Virus record (IMG/VR): IMGVR_UViG_3300042860_001108
Coordinates: 3,176-67,175 of that record
Reading direction: 5' to 3' (one strand)
Source of the DNA: a virus
Length of the DNA: 64,000 nt
Shown here: piece after piece, positions 26,601-36,913 of the stretch
Numbering within the stretch: the stretch's first letter is position 1
Layout of the letters: every line of letters starts with the position of its first letter
The notes under the pieces: generated by a model
Databases searched by the model: none
What the model was told of the DNA's origin: nothing
The model's input: only the letters and a program-made list of their open reading frames with translations
Position numbers and translations under genes: made by a program

Positions 26601-29600
26601 ATCTTTGACGCGCTGCGTCAGCGCATCGACAACATCAGTGCGCCCGCCACCCAGGAAGAAGTGGACGCCGCCAAGGCGCAGGCCGTTCCGCAGGATCAGG
26701 CTACGGGTGATTTGTTTGCTGCAGCCACGGAGCGTGCACAAGCCGAGTTGCAAACGGCAGGAGAGCGCCGTGCGGCAGCACGCAGTGAGGTTGGCAGGGC
26801 GATGGCAGGCATGCGCGGCAAGTCTGCCATCATGGATCAGGCGCAGCGTCTTGCAGAGAAGTTTGGCAAGGACCTTGGCATTGCGCCTGAAGGTACGTTT
26901 GCTGCAGCTAAGACCCGTTTGACCCAGGCACAGGCGGCAAAGCGCGGGGCAGAAACGGAGTTCAAGGAGAAGGAACAGGAAGCCCTTCGTGCCGCTGCCG
27001 ATGACGCGCTGATTGCTCAACGCAACGCCGAGGCCACCAGCCGCGCAGCGAACAACACGGTCGATGCGATTGAGGCCCGACTTGCTGCTGAGAAAGAGAC
27101 GCCTGCCGTTGAGGTGCGTACGCCTCCGCGTGCGATGGTGTTGCTGCAGAAAATTGTCGAGTTGCAGGCGCTGATCGGTAGGCGCGGTGCGCAAGTACGC
27201 ACGTCACAAGCCCCTACAAAGTACTCTCCTGCACAGTTTGTCTTCCGTCGTGCAGCGGCAGAAAAGACCGACGCGGACGTTGGTCCCGTACAAGATGCAC
27301 TGAATCAAGCAGTCAGTGCCGCCAAGCAAGGCGAGGGCTGGGCATCTGACATCGAGCAGGTGCAGGCGCACATGGCTACGCTTGAGAAGTACCTGTCTCG
27401 CCGCGAGGCGCAGGGGCGGTTGCTGCCTGAAGCCGAACTGATGGCAAAGGAGTGGTATCGCAAGCTTGCCGCTCACGAAGCCGCGCTGCGTCGCCCCATG
27501 TACGGCGCTGGGCAGTTGACCCCGGCAGAAATCCGCGACTACACGCAGCGCCGCCTTGAACTGGCACAGGCTGAATACGACCGCATTCAGCTCCAGATTG
27601 ATGGGCTGCATCGGCAGTTGCTGGACACGGAAGTTGCGGTAGCCAAGCGTGAAGTGGACCGCATTACCGGCGACATCAACGCGCTGGTGTCGCGTATGGA
27701 GCGGCGTGAGGGTGCGGATCTTGCTGGTCAGGAATTGGCTGCACTGAGTGCGCAGTACAAGGACGCAGTAGCAAATCTCGAAGCTGCACAAAAGACTTTT
27801 GCGGAGCGCAAGAAAGCAGAGTCGGTTCCGTTCACACGCAAGAGCCCTGGATCTGCGCTTGAGCAGTGGATGAAGGGTGCGCAAGATCGCTTTGACGTTA
27901 GCGTGCAGCGGTTCAAAGACAAGCAAGCCGCGCTGGAGCGGCAAGCTACTGCGCCTGCGGCAACCCCTGCCATTACCGCTGCCGAACGTCGCGCTGAAGT
28001 TGAAAAGCAGCGCAGCGGCTTGTCGATCCCTGAGTTGCAAGCGCAGCTTGAAGGGGCACTGAAAGCGCAGACTAAACTCAAGAAACGCGGATCTAAGAAA
28101 CAGCGCGAGGCGCTTGCCGAGAAGATCGCCGGTTTGCGTGCACAAATCGGGCGTCTAAAAGGCGAAAGCACATTTGGTACGGAATACTACGCGGAGTCTG
28201 AACAAGCCCAGGCTGCACAAGATGCGCGGGAAGAAGCAGAAGCACGCGAAGCAGGTAAGGAAGAAACCACCCGAGCAGGACGGCGTAAAGCCGCCAAGGA
28301 AATCTTTGGTGTACAACGCACAATCGCCGAAACAGGCGAGGTGCCGCAAGCAACCAAAGACGCTAACAAACTCGACGCCGTCATCAAGAACAACCGTCAA
28401 GCTTTTGAGATGGCGGTTGAGCAAGGGTTCAAGTCCACTGCGATTCGGCCTCAGAAACGCGGTAAGAGTGCTACGCCCGAGCGGCTGATGCGCACTCCGC
28501 TTGAAGGCATTGCGTATCGGTTGCGCCAAGAGATCGTAGAGAAGCTTGCGGCACCGCGCACCAAGAAGCAGAACCAAGAACTCAACAGGCTTCGTGAGCA
28601 ACTGTACGGACTTGAGCAGGCTATCAACACTGCGCCAGTCACGGTTGAAGAACGGCGCAGAACTGCGCGTGCTATCTGGGCAAAGCTGCCCAAGGATATG
28701 CGACAAGACACGGTGGACAAGCTCGGTGGCCGCCTGCCTAGCGGCGGCATCAGCATGTCGTTCTTTGATCGGTTTGCGGATGCGCTTGAGACCACGGTAA
28801 TTCGTGAGCGCCTGGGCCAGCCGATCAGTCAAGCGCCGGTCACAACTATGACCAAAGCGGAGCTTGCACCCATCCAGGCGGAGACCGAGAAGCGCGTGGC
28901 AGCAACGATGGCTGCTACCGAAGAACTGCGCACCAAGTACTACGAGCAGAAAGAGAAGGAGCTTTCAGACAAGGCTCGATTGAAGGGGACCATAGACGAG
29001 GCCACGCAGCGGCAGATTGAGAAGGAAGCCAACGAGTTTGCGGATCGTGTGGTGCAGCGCATCAAGGAGGAAGAGGCTCGGGAAGCAACCCAGCGCATGA
29101 CGGAGCCGATGCGAGGCAAGCCGAGCGCGGAGGGAGACATTGAGTTCTCCCGTGGCAAGCCTGCCGAGGGGCTGACCAAAGAGGAACTGATTGCCGAACT
29201 TGAGCGTGCGCTTGGTCAGAAGGGTTTGCTGGATACGCAAAACGTACTGATCGTTGTAGAGAGCCTTGCAGAACTTAAAGAAGGGAACGTAACTACGCAA
29301 GTCGGTGCGCGTAAAATGGTCCCAGTTTCCGCGCTTAGAAAACGCCGTGTATCGCTCCCTCCCGCGCTTAGAGACAACCTTGACACTATTCCTGATGATG
29401 CCAAGGGTTTTGTCTACGACGGCAAAGCATACCTAATTGCCGAGAACATCGGCAAGGACCATGCGCTGGGCGTGCTGCTCCACGAGGTGGGCGCACACAT
29501 CGGTTTCCGTAACTTTTTCAATACCGCGCAGTACAACGCGCTGGTTGAAACCGTTAAGCGCTGGAGCAATTCGAAAGCCAACACGCTTGAAGCCAAGATC

Positions 29601-32600
29601 GGTCGCGCCGCAAAGGAACGGGTAGAGGCTGCAAAAACACCAGAAGAGCAGGTCAATGACGAACTGCTTGCTTATGCCGTTGAAGAGGCCTTCAACGCTG
29701 GCGTGGAGCCCAGCGGGGTCAAGAGCGGCAACGCGGTCCAGAACTGGCTGCGGATTATTGTTGACGGCTTCAAGCGTGCGTTGGAGAAGTTTGGTCTTGC
29801 GCCTCAAAAACTGAAGGTCGGAGACCTCGTCAATATGGCTTACGGTGCAGCCAACCTTGAGCTTCGCGGCACTTGGCACGGCACGGGCAAACCCTTTAAG
29901 GAGTTTGACTTTACGTACATGGGCAGTGGCGAAGGTGCCCAGGTATTCGGTTGGGGAACATACCGTGCAAGCGCACACAGCACTGCGAAATTTTACCAAC
30001 GGCAGGAAGCAGAGAAGCAGCTTCGCCAGTGGCAAAACGACCCAAAGATAAAAGAGTGGCAAGCGTCGCTGACTGAAAACATTATGTTTGATGGGCGCAA
30101 GCTGTCTTCTGAAAGAGACCGGCTGCAAAAGCTCATACAGAGCAGCGATCCGGATACGAGCCGTAAGGCTTTTGCAGATGCGTACGTGTTTGATCTTTTG
30201 GCGCGAAGAGCTAGAGAAAACGACTTTAAGCTTTCGCCTGCAAAGATAGCGGAAAATATCACAAATAAAGGGGAGTTGATTGGGTTAGACAACGAAACCA
30301 AAGTTGCCGCACAAAAAACGGTAGATAGCATAATTGCAGGCGATCTAAAGATCGTGATGCCATTTCAAGGCGATTTTCTCTTACAAGATAATGTTGCCTA
30401 CTATAAAAATAAAGATTATTTAGAGAGCACTCTTCCCGTTGAAAGATGGATGGACATTGATGACCTTGTAGATGCGGCTGTAGATGAAGCAAAAGACAAA
30501 ACGTATGCGGCGGTTGCGGAAGCGCTGTCTCGTGTCTACAAAGAAAAACTCGCATCTTATGAAAAGCTTGCAAAAGCTAGCGGGTATTTTGCCGCAAAAG
30601 CCGCAGATTTGCGGAAAATAGACGTTGATGCAATCGTGTATCACCCATTACCAGAACCGCCAATTCCTGAGCCTAAAGGTGCGTTTGCTCGTGTAATGTC
30701 AACGCGTCCCGACGAAGAGTATTTTGTACTAGACTTGCCATTAGATCAGCAGGCACCCAAAGTGCAAAACGCTATTTCTGAACTGCTGAACAGTACTGAC
30801 GCGGTTAAGGACAAAGCGAGACTGCGTAGTGTGTTAAATGCAAAAATGGATGGTGATGACCGAGCAAGTGACTTAGCGGAGGCACTGCGTTGGATCCCCG
30901 CAAAACCAACGCAGGCACCCACGAGCAAAGCGCCGGCTATGAAGCGCCGTTCCGATAAAGCTATTTCGTATTTGCTTCGTGAGTACGGGATTGCGGGGTA
31001 CAAGTACCTTGACGCGCCAAGTCGAGATCGGAACATTACAAGAGACAGCAAGTTCAACTACGTAGACTTCTACGACAAGGACGAAGGCTCTGCCATCGTG
31101 GCGTGGGACATCGACCGTGTTGGCCCCGCCGAAGGCATCCTCTTCTCCCGCAACCTCCCCACCGCATCACGCGTAGCTAACCAGATCATTGGCAAGCAGC
31201 CGACCGTTCTCGACAGCATCAAGAAGAGTCTTTTTGGGTTGGCATTCCGTACGCAAGTTATTGACGCCCTGGCTCCCCTAGAGCAAATTGCCTACACCAG
31301 CATGGACGCGCTCAAGGGATCGCAGATGATGTACTACCTGCGCAAGTACGGCATGCGCAACAACATGACGCAGGAGGCTATCGAGAACGGAGTCGCCCAG
31401 GTCCAAGAGATAACGCGTCCTGACGGCCAGAAGGAGCGCATCATCGAGGCGGTCCAAGGGGCCAACATCAAGGACATCGTCAAGCGCCTTGCGGCAAAAG
31501 ACGTGATCAAGGAAGCAGGCAGCGCCGACGCAGCCAACCGGTTGTTCACGCTGTACATGTCTGCGATCCGTGGCGAGAACAAGGGCTTTGACAAGCTGAA
31601 CTTTGGCCGTGCCGCAGCGCTGAGTGAACTGCAGAAGATCGAGCGTGAGCTTGCCTCCCCCCGCCTGGAGCCGCAAGAGAAAACTCAACTGAACGCCCGC
31701 AAGGCGTACCTTGAGAAGAACCTCGACAGCATGCCCACCGAGGCAGACTTCCGCGCTGCCAAGGCGGAGATCGACGCCAACCCGACGCTGAAGAAAGCGT
31801 TCGATGAGGCGCGGGAGATGTACAACGAGTACAACACCGACCTGCTGAACTTCTTGGTGCAGACGGGTGCGATCAGCAAGGACGAAGCGGCCCGCCTGCT
31901 GCGTGCCAAGGACTACATCCCGTACTACCGCATGCGCGGAGGCAACGCCGAGTTGATGATTGGCGGTGAGACGCCCATTCGCATCGGCAACCTGAAGGAC
32001 AGCCCGCACCTCCAAGAGCTTGTCGGTGGTGAAGAGCCTATCTTTGACTTCCTCACCAGCAGCGTGCAGAACACGTCGATGCTGCTCGACATGGGGTTGC
32101 GCAACATCGCGGCCAAGAACGTGGCCTACGAGCTTGCCGATGCAGGGCTTGCCAGCAAGCCCGCCAGAGCGGGCAAGACGGGCGCTCCCAAGGGCACGCT
32201 GGAGTTCAAGCTCGACGGTGAGGACTACTTCGTACGTGTAGACACCGACTACATCGGCGTGCCGTCTGACCTGTTGGTCAAGGGCATGGCGGGTATCCCG
32301 ACGATGCTGCCCCAGGGCTTGCGTCTGATGGGCATCCCTGCGCAGATCCTGCGCCGTGCAGTGACCTCCACGCCGGTCTTTGCCGCCAAGCAGTTGTTCC
32401 GTGACTCGCTGGGTGCCTACATGCTCAGCGGCTCTGATGCGCCTCCATTGCTGAGCGCCGTCAACCAACTGCGCAAGGCATCGCCGCTGAAGGCCCGGGG
32501 CGTCACGGGCGGGCAGACTTTCACCGGCACCACCGAGGACATCAGCCGTCTGCTCAAGGAGATGCAGGAGGGGCGTCCAGGCTGGATGAAGGCGTTCACC

Positions 32601-33881
32601 AAGATGGAGGCGATGGCGCACAAGGCCGATGCCGCCACGCGGCAGTCCCAGTACGAGAGCTACCGTGCGCAGGGGCTGTCCGACATGGAAGCCGAACTCA
32701 TGGCGCTGGAGTCGATGAACTTCAGCAAGCGCGGGTTGTCACCCACCATGCACATGGCAAGCATGTTGGTGCCTTTCCTGAATGCGCAGATCCAGGGCTT
32801 GGACGTGCTGTACAAGGCACTGACCGGCAATATGCCGTTCAACGACAAGCTTGATATCCAGCGCAAGCTGTTCACGCGTGGCGCGTCGATGTTCGCTCTC
32901 ACGATGGCTTACGCCGCAGCCATGCAAGACGACGAGGAGTACAAGAACGCTCCGCCCGATGTGAAGTACGGCAATTGGTTTGTGCGCCTGCCCTTCCTTG
33001 ACGAAATGGCTGGAGAAAAGGTCACGCTGCGCGTACCGATCCCGTTTGAAGTCGGCTACATCTTCAAGGCGCTGCCCGAGATGCTGTACAACAGCATGAA
33101 GAGTGACCGAGGAGCAAAGGAAGCCTTTGAAGCGCTCAACCACATCCTGATCCAGATCGTTCCAGGCGGCAGCAGCATGGTGCCTATCGAGATTGGCGGA
33201 GCCAAGATCCCGGTGCCGGTGCCCATCCCTGCAGCCATGAAGCCCGTCATCGAGGTGGGCTTGGGCAAGTCGTTCTTCACTGGGCGTGATCTTGAGTCGG
33301 CGCGAGAGCAGCAAGAGGTTCCGGGTATGCGTTACCGGGAGCGGACTTCTGAGATTGCCAAGTACATCGGTGAGTCGGTGAACTTTTCACCAATCAGGAT
33401 CGAAGCACTTGTCAACGGGTACACAGGCGGGCTGGGGTTGCTGGCGCTCCAAGCACTGAGCTTGCCGCTGCCGAAAGCGGATGTGGTGGTGCCTGAGAAG
33501 CGCTGGTCTGAACTGCCGTTGGTGGGGCCGATGTTCCAGCCCGCAGACGCCAGCAACATCATCGATGGTGTGTATAAGGACTTCCAGAAAGTCACACAGG
33601 CTAAGACCACCTACGACAACCTGATCGTGAAGGGTGAGACCGGCAAGGCGCAAGCGTTCTTGCAGGAGAACCTGCAGTTGATCATGATGAATCAAATGGC
33701 GGGGGAGTACCGACAGATGATGGGTGAGTTGACCAAGAACGAGCGCATCATCCGTGGATCGAAGCTCACCGAGGAAGAGAAGCGCAAGCTGGTGGATCAG
33801 ATCAAGGCTGCGAAGATTCAGATTGCTGCTTCCGTACGGGCGGTACTCGAAAGAAAAGAACCCCAAGCCGCCCCTGCCTGA
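23649..33881 (+). CDS. Giant (3410 aa) polyvalent virion protein with metallopeptidase-like, ADP-ribosyltransferase-like and LPD38-like domains
   Basis: LLHEVGAH...DELLAY (~29475-29680); WHGT...FD....GSGEGAQ.FGWG.Y (~29871); GYKYLD...NYV.F (~31000); C-terminal NFS.RG...PFLNA.IQG...P.PFE.G..F. Confidence 0.8.
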   Translation: MPTYDVTVEGKTYEVNAPDETTAWQWANYTHRQQKQQAPAPKESTIGSELVRGGKQLFSTSRTGIGALATPEESARAGVERSQQIAAEAGEGPSFAALRKAYEERGLLPAAGELLSQIPRAVAGQGAQLAAMAGGAKLGAMAGTAVAPGVGTIAGGILGAGATLLPQFFGSNVERQAAEQMERGEQVKIDRGAAAAAAAGQAGIEAAGTALVLGKRVVKGILGVTDDAALTTAKAREELVKAAGRSRLGAAGRGAAVGLAEIPVEVAQAVIERRQAGLDVLSPEALSEYGENAYLAGLVGPTIGAATRVTEPGAARRKLAVEEQAKAAEERAAAAKAEAEKKKDPGYALKLDADYQAAVQRMKELQAAVPKRPAKDALPEEQMAYRQAVDARNAHLKDVLQPLAAEYVPRKAEIAQLKEQQRVAGMSPLEYQMEQTETAPIKGIAPGERARTTVEDDEIFPAIKPTAPTLAYAKQRIALANEQALADSAEPKEQADIYAQYLLQDPVIARQLVNTKPNIPNLTAKQNTSLYKKLSELLSTQEQQEAAALEKTRPDLYGPGETADTFAPWKQSIEAEERLREEEAMAVAPVRKEEAVISPEREEQIKALETARQRYRAAADTYLKAKGTPDGPRALQQLLAARKEYESFAPAPLVGQAPAPVLSPETEAQLDKALTEVAGAAPASAEELESRIQRLADTRKTAIAKVSENASELAQYEKLTQYMGTPQGLSEVARTPEMAEAAKRRMTPMLEQAQASRNEAIAAAIQEIRLQRDASGLVPLDKSDADLQNEFRAKLNADLQQAKGKAKVDEKKRQEAIAQQLQRINARIRQIEGGDRAGRLLGYASAFRSEPERVGELNNLYKAYRSLSTQQGLTPQAAQLNRTLQNLVDFYTVGGGAAKPRVVAKGPREARRELVLGERAFTGYEPTVEGTEVRYNKPRKMAEYKATPEEQALVEDMRARELAELNEAADQQYTPETSDRGKKQIFDALRQRIDNISAPATQEEVDAAKAQAVPQDQATGDLFAAATERAQAELQTAGERRAAARSEVGRAMAGMRGKSAIMDQAQRLAEKFGKDLGIAPEGTFAAAKTRLTQAQAAKRGAETEFKEKEQEALRAAADDALIAQRNAEATSRAANNTVDAIEARLAAEKETPAVEVRTPPRAMVLLQKIVELQALIGRRGAQVRTSQAPTKYSPAQFVFRRAAAEKTDADVGPVQDALNQAVSAAKQGEGWASDIEQVQAHMATLEKYLSRREAQGRLLPEAELMAKEWYRKLAAHEAALRRPMYGAGQLTPAEIRDYTQRRLELAQAEYDRIQLQIDGLHRQLLDTEVAVAKREVDRITGDINALVSRMERREGADLAGQELAALSAQYKDAVANLEAAQKTFAERKKAESVPFTRKSPGSALEQWMKGAQDRFDVSVQRFKDKQAALERQATAPAATPAITAAERRAEVEKQRSGLSIPELQAQLEGALKAQTKLKKRGSKKQREALAEKIAGLRAQIGRLKGESTFGTEYYAESEQAQAAQDAREEAEAREAGKEETTRAGRRKAAKEIFGVQRTIAETGEVPQATKDANKLDAVIKNNRQAFEMAVEQGFKSTAIRPQKRGKSATPERLMRTPLEGIAYRLRQEIVEKLAAPRTKKQNQELNRLREQLYGLEQAINTAPVTVEERRRTARAIWAKLPKDMRQDTVDKLGGRLPSGGISMSFFDRFADALETTVIRERLGQPISQAPVTTMTKAELAPIQAETEKRVAATMAATEELRTKYYEQKEKELSDKARLKGTIDEATQRQIEKEANEFADRVVQRIKEEEAREATQRMTEPMRGKPSAEGDIEFSRGKPAEGLTKEELIAELERALGQKGLLDTQNVLIVVESLAELKEGNVTTQVGARKMVPVSALRKRRVSLPPALRDNLDTIPDDAKGFVYDGKAYLIAENIGKDHALGVLLHEVGAHIGFRNFFNTAQYNALVETVKRWSNSKANTLEAKIGRAAKERVEAAKTPEEQVNDELLAYAVEEAFNAGVEPSGVKSGNAVQNWLRIIVDGFKRALEKFGLAPQKLKVGDLVNMAYGAANLELRGTWHGTGKPFKEFDFTYMGSGEGAQVFGWGTYRASAHSTAKFYQRQEAEKQLRQWQNDPKIKEWQASLTENIMFDGRKLSSERDRLQKLIQSSDPDTSRKAFADAYVFDLLARRARENDFKLSPAKIAENITNKGELIGLDNETKVAAQKTVDSIIAGDLKIVMPFQGDFLLQDNVAYYKNKDYLESTLPVERWMDIDDLVDAAVDEAKDKTYAAVAEALSRVYKEKLASYEKLAKASGYFAAKAADLRKIDVDAIVYHPLPEPPIPEPKGAFARVMSTRPDEEYFVLDLPLDQQAPKVQNAISELLNSTDAVKDKARLRSVLNAKMDGDDRASDLAEALRWIPAKPTQAPTSKAPAMKRRSDKAISYLLREYGIAGYKYLDAPSRDRNITRDSKFNYVDFYDKDEGSAIVAWDIDRVGPAEGILFSRNLPTASRVANQIIGKQPTVLDSIKKSLFGLAFRTQVIDALAPLEQIAYTSMDALKGSQMMYYLRKYGMRNNMTQEAIENGVAQVQEITRPDGQKERIIEAVQGANIKDIVKRLAAKDVIKEAGSADAANRLFTLYMSAIRGENKGFDKLNFGRAAALSELQKIERELASPRLEPQEKTQLNARKAYLEKNLDSMPTEADFRAAKAEIDANPTLKKAFDEAREMYNEYNTDLLNFLVQTGAISKDEAARLLRAKDYIPYYRMRGGNAELMIGGETPIRIGNLKDSPHLQELVGGEEPIFDFLTSSVQNTSMLLDMGLRNIAAKNVAYELADAGLASKPARAGKTGAPKGTLEFKLDGEDYFVRVDTDYIGVPSDLLVKGMAGIPTMLPQGLRLMGIPAQILRRAVTSTPVFAAKQLFRDSLGAYMLSGSDAPPLLSAVNQLRKASPLKARGVTGGQTFTGTTEDISRLLKEMQEGRPGWMKAFTKMEAMAHKADAATRQSQYESYRAQGLSDMEAELMALESMNFSKRGLSPTMHMASMLVPFLNAQIQGLDVLYKALTGNMPFNDKLDIQRKLFTRGASMFALTMAYAAAMQDDEEYKNAPPDVKYGNWFVRLPFLDEMAGEKVTLRVPIPFEVGYIFKALPEMLYNSMKSDRGAKEAFEALNHILIQIVPGGSSMVPIEIGGAKIPVPVPIPAAMKPVIEVGLGKSFFTGRDLESAREQQEVPGMRYRERTSEIAKYIGESVNFSPIRIEALVNGYTGGLGLLALQALSLPLPKADVVVPEKRWSELPLVGPMFQPADASNIIDGVYKDFQKVTQAKTTYDNLIVKGETGKAQAFLQENLQLIMMNQMAGEYRQMMGELTKNERIIRGSKLTEEEKRKLVDQIKAAKIQIAASVRAVLERKEPQAAPA

Positions 33882-34023
33882 TACCGAACTGGGCCCGGGC
33901 ATCCTTGATGTGAAGCGGGACTGCAGCCAGCAGTCCCGCCTGTCGCACGGCCTCTAGGTCAAGCGCAGGGACGAAGAACCCCTGCCCCTTCTCAAGCCGG
34001 TCCCACGGATAGTGCCGCAGCAT
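33802..34023 (-). CDS. Small hypothetical protein
   Basis: YPWDRLEKGQGFFVP motif; last gene of the minus-strand operon. Confidence 0.6.
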   Translation of the reverse strand: MLRHYPWDRLEKGQGFFVPALDLEAVRQAGLLAAVPLHIKDARAQFGIRQGRLGVLFFRVPPVRKQQSESSQP

Positions 34024-36898
34024 TGTGAGGGTCTTCTTCTATCGGTCGGCCTATGCAGATCGTGCGCACGCGCATCTGCGGGCCTCGAGTCTTTGCCATC
34101 ATGTCCTTGCGCTCGAAGCCGACCGTGTACCCGGGCATGGCCTGTATCTGCTTCTTGAACGCGTCGTAGCCGAAGGACATCGCCACGCAGTGCGACTTGA
34201 GCATCTGCTCCTCGATGAAGTACTCCACGTAGTTCTTCTTGTTGATGCCGTGCTCCACCCGGCCCATGACCTTGCTGCGCGTGACCGTCTGGTCGATCTC
34301 CTGCCCTGAGCCCAGCGCTGCCAACAGAGCGCCGTTGCTCTGGCGGATCACCACGAACTGACCGTAGTTCTCCCGGGTGAAGGCGTTCAGCACATCCTCT
34401 GCCGTGCGCCCGCCCGTCTTGATCACCTTGCGGGCTTTCTCCACCAAGCTCTTGAGGAACTCGATGATCTTGTCCACCGGCAGGTCGATGATGCCTGCGT
34501 ACCTACTTGAAGCAAGAATCGCACCGGCAATGATTGCGCCGCAGCCAGCGGCCCAGTAGCGCTCATCGCCCGACATCTTCCACTCGACCTTGATCTTGCG
34601 GATGCACTCCTTGGTGATGCGCTCCGCCGTCTCTTGATTCTGCACCAGCCAGCGCACGTAGATGTCGCCAGCCACGCCGTGGTTGTGCATGGGGATCTTG
34701 AGAAGGTCTTCCTCCTCCGGCGTCCAGTTCAGCTTGACCTCAGGCGTCCACTCCAGCATGCGCAGCAACTCGCCCTGAGACGTGTGCTGCCGAGCCCCGG
34801 ACATGTAGTCCTGCATGTGGGTGTTGGAGGTCAGGAAGACCAGCGTTGCCCACGACACGAGGTTCAGCCGCTCACGGTTGTGGTGCGCCTCGCTCTTCTC
34901 CTTGCCCTGGCCTTCCGAGGCGTCGAAGATGAAGCCGGGGAACCACTCCATGTCCTGACGAGACTTGTGCGTGATCTCATCCGATGTGAACGGCAGGCTG
35001 TTGAGGTTGCCCATGCGCTGCTGCATGGTCACAGGCGAAGTGCTCTTGCCTGTGCGGTAGCGGATCGGGTGGCCCCAGATCGAGTTCAGCAAGCTCAGCG
35101 CCAACGACTTGCCCGTGCCGCTGTCGGTGGACCCGCCATGTATCGTCAGCGCCGCCATCTGCGTGAACTTCATCAGCGGCGCACCGAACCCGATGCTGGC
35201 GATGCCCAGCAGGTCGAACTGCTTCTTGCGCATGAGCATCTGTGGGAAGCGTCTCCACTCCTCCAGCGTGCCCTGTGACCGCGTGATGCGCGTGAGATTG
35301 ACGAGGTCTGGCATCGGCACCGTGCGCGTGCTGCCGTCTTGGAAATACACCTTGCCGTTGTAGACGAACGTGCCATCCTCCTGCCAGCCGTACTGGCCTG
35401 GGATCTTGATGGCCTTCTTCGTGACGCTGGCATCCTCGATGCAAGCGCGGATGTACTCGAACAGATTCTTGTCGTTGCCTGCGCCGAACGAGGCAATGAT
35501 GTTCTGCTGTGCCAACGTCTTCAGGCACTCGTCCTTGGACACGGTGTAGCGCTGTGCCATCAGCACATCGATGGGAGCGCCGGGTCGGTTGGCGACCATG
35601 TGCACGGTGTGCTCACCGTCCTTGTTCAGCAGGTCCACGACGAACAGATCGTAGGGCACGATCATGATCTGGTGCTTGCGCTTGGTGCCGTCAGCCTCCT
35701 CCACCATACGCTCGACAAACACGCCGCCCTTGGCCCCGTAGGAGTAGCCCTTGGGTGGGATTGGGCGTGTGACTGTGACCGGTGGTGCCTCGGGGTCGTC
35801 CGGATCCACGGGCGTGATCTCGATCTGCTTCTCGGTGTTGTCAGCCAGGATCTCGCGCCCAAGCGCCAGGGGGTTGGTGATCTTGCCGAAGTGCTTGCAG
35901 CCTTCGCAGATGCCAGGGTTCTCGCTGTCGAACTTCAGGCACGGGTACGGGCCTTTGATCTCGCGCAGCTTGGTCTGCATGCGCTCAGGCTCGTAGGGGT
36001 GCAGGCTGCTCAACCAGACCGCAGCACGCTCACCATCCGCACACTGCTTGGCCTGGGACAGCCAGCCACGCCACTGGGGCTCCATGCCGTCATCAGCGGC
36101 GTGCTCAACGAAGTGCGCAAGCTGTGCGCAACCATCGCCTGCCGCCGTGCGCTGCATGATCAGCTTGAACTTGGTGACGCTGTTCTCCACCAGCTTGACG
36201 TTGCTGGCTACGGGCGCTTCGATGCGTTTGCCGGGGATGTCGAGCGGTGCGCGAGACGGTGCCGGCGCATTGACACTGGTCGGCCCCAGCGCGGCAGTGA
36301 TGGCCTCAGCGAAGTCCTCGAAGCTGCACGGGGTGCCCTCGGTCATGATCTTGACCGAGCGTGGGGTGGCGTACTTCTTCTTGAAGTTGAGCGTGCCCGG
36401 GATGCGCAACACGCGGGCCGCGTCGGCGGTGACCGTCATGTCGATAGACAGCGCTTGCTGCTTGCACAGGCGCTTGAACGCCTCAGCCACAGGCTTCCAG
36501 ATACCCACAGCAACGGGATGCGTGAAGGCCCAGTAGCAGTGCAGCCCGCCGCCTGATGCGACGATCCACGGAGTAGCCAGCCCCTCAAGCCCTGTGGTCT
36601 CAAGGAAGCCACCCAGCGCTTGTGCCGCGTCTTTCTTCGTGGCGTAGCCATCCATGTCGATGAACATGGATCGCACGTACTCGGCGTTGTCTGCCGTGCG
36701 CTTGCCCGACTCTTCGAACGTCGCCAGCGCGAAATAGATGTCCTTGCTCTGTGTCAGCCATTGGTCAGCATGACGCTGTACCTCCTTCAGATCTTCAACA
36801 AAAACGTGTTGCTTCTTCTTGGAAGACAACTCTGCTGCGCAGTAGTACCCAAAACCGGGTGGCGGAAGCACAGCCGCTAGAAACTCAAGCGGTTCCAT
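33992..36898 (-). CDS. DNA primase/helicase-like replication protein (primase-like N-terminus plus DUF927)
   Basis: DMD and SGGGLHCYW motifs, ARVLRIPGT, CxxC Zn site, GWQ, STDSGTGKS P-loop, DEIT. Confidence 0.85.
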   Translation of the reverse strand: MEPLEFLAAVLPPPGFGYYCAAELSSKKKQHVFVEDLKEVQRHADQWLTQSKDIYFALATFEESGKRTADNAEYVRSMFIDMDGYATKKDAAQALGGFLETTGLEGLATPWIVASGGGLHCYWAFTHPVAVGIWKPVAEAFKRLCKQQALSIDMTVTADAARVLRIPGTLNFKKKYATPRSVKIMTEGTPCSFEDFAEAITAALGPTSVNAPAPSRAPLDIPGKRIEAPVASNVKLVENSVTKFKLIMQRTAAGDGCAQLAHFVEHAADDGMEPQWRGWLSQAKQCADGERAAVWLSSLHPYEPERMQTKLREIKGPYPCLKFDSENPGICEGCKHFGKITNPLALGREILADNTEKQIEITPVDPDDPEAPPVTVTRPIPPKGYSYGAKGGVFVERMVEEADGTKRKHQIMIVPYDLFVVDLLNKDGEHTVHMVANRPGAPIDVLMAQRYTVSKDECLKTLAQQNIIASFGAGNDKNLFEYIRACIEDASVTKKAIKIPGQYGWQEDGTFVYNGKVYFQDGSTRTVPMPDLVNLTRITRSQGTLEEWRRFPQMLMRKKQFDLLGIASIGFGAPLMKFTQMAALTIHGGSTDSGTGKSLALSLLNSIWGHPIRYRTGKSTSPVTMQQRMGNLNSLPFTSDEITHKSRQDMEWFPGFIFDASEGQGKEKSEAHHNRERLNLVSWATLVFLTSNTHMQDYMSGARQHTSQGELLRMLEWTPEVKLNWTPEEEDLLKIPMHNHGVAGDIYVRWLVQNQETAERITKECIRKIKVEWKMSGDERYWAAGCGAIIAGAILASSRYAGIIDLPVDKIIEFLKSLVEKARKVIKTGGRTAEDVLNAFTRENYGQFVVIRQSNGALLAALGSGQEIDQTVTRSKVMGRVEHGINKKNYVEYFIEEQMLKSHCVAMSFGYDAFKKQIQAMPGYTVGFERKDMMAKTRGPQMRVRTICIGRPIEEDPHNAAALSVGPA

Positions 36899-36913
36899 GA
36901 AGCTCCCGGGGGG

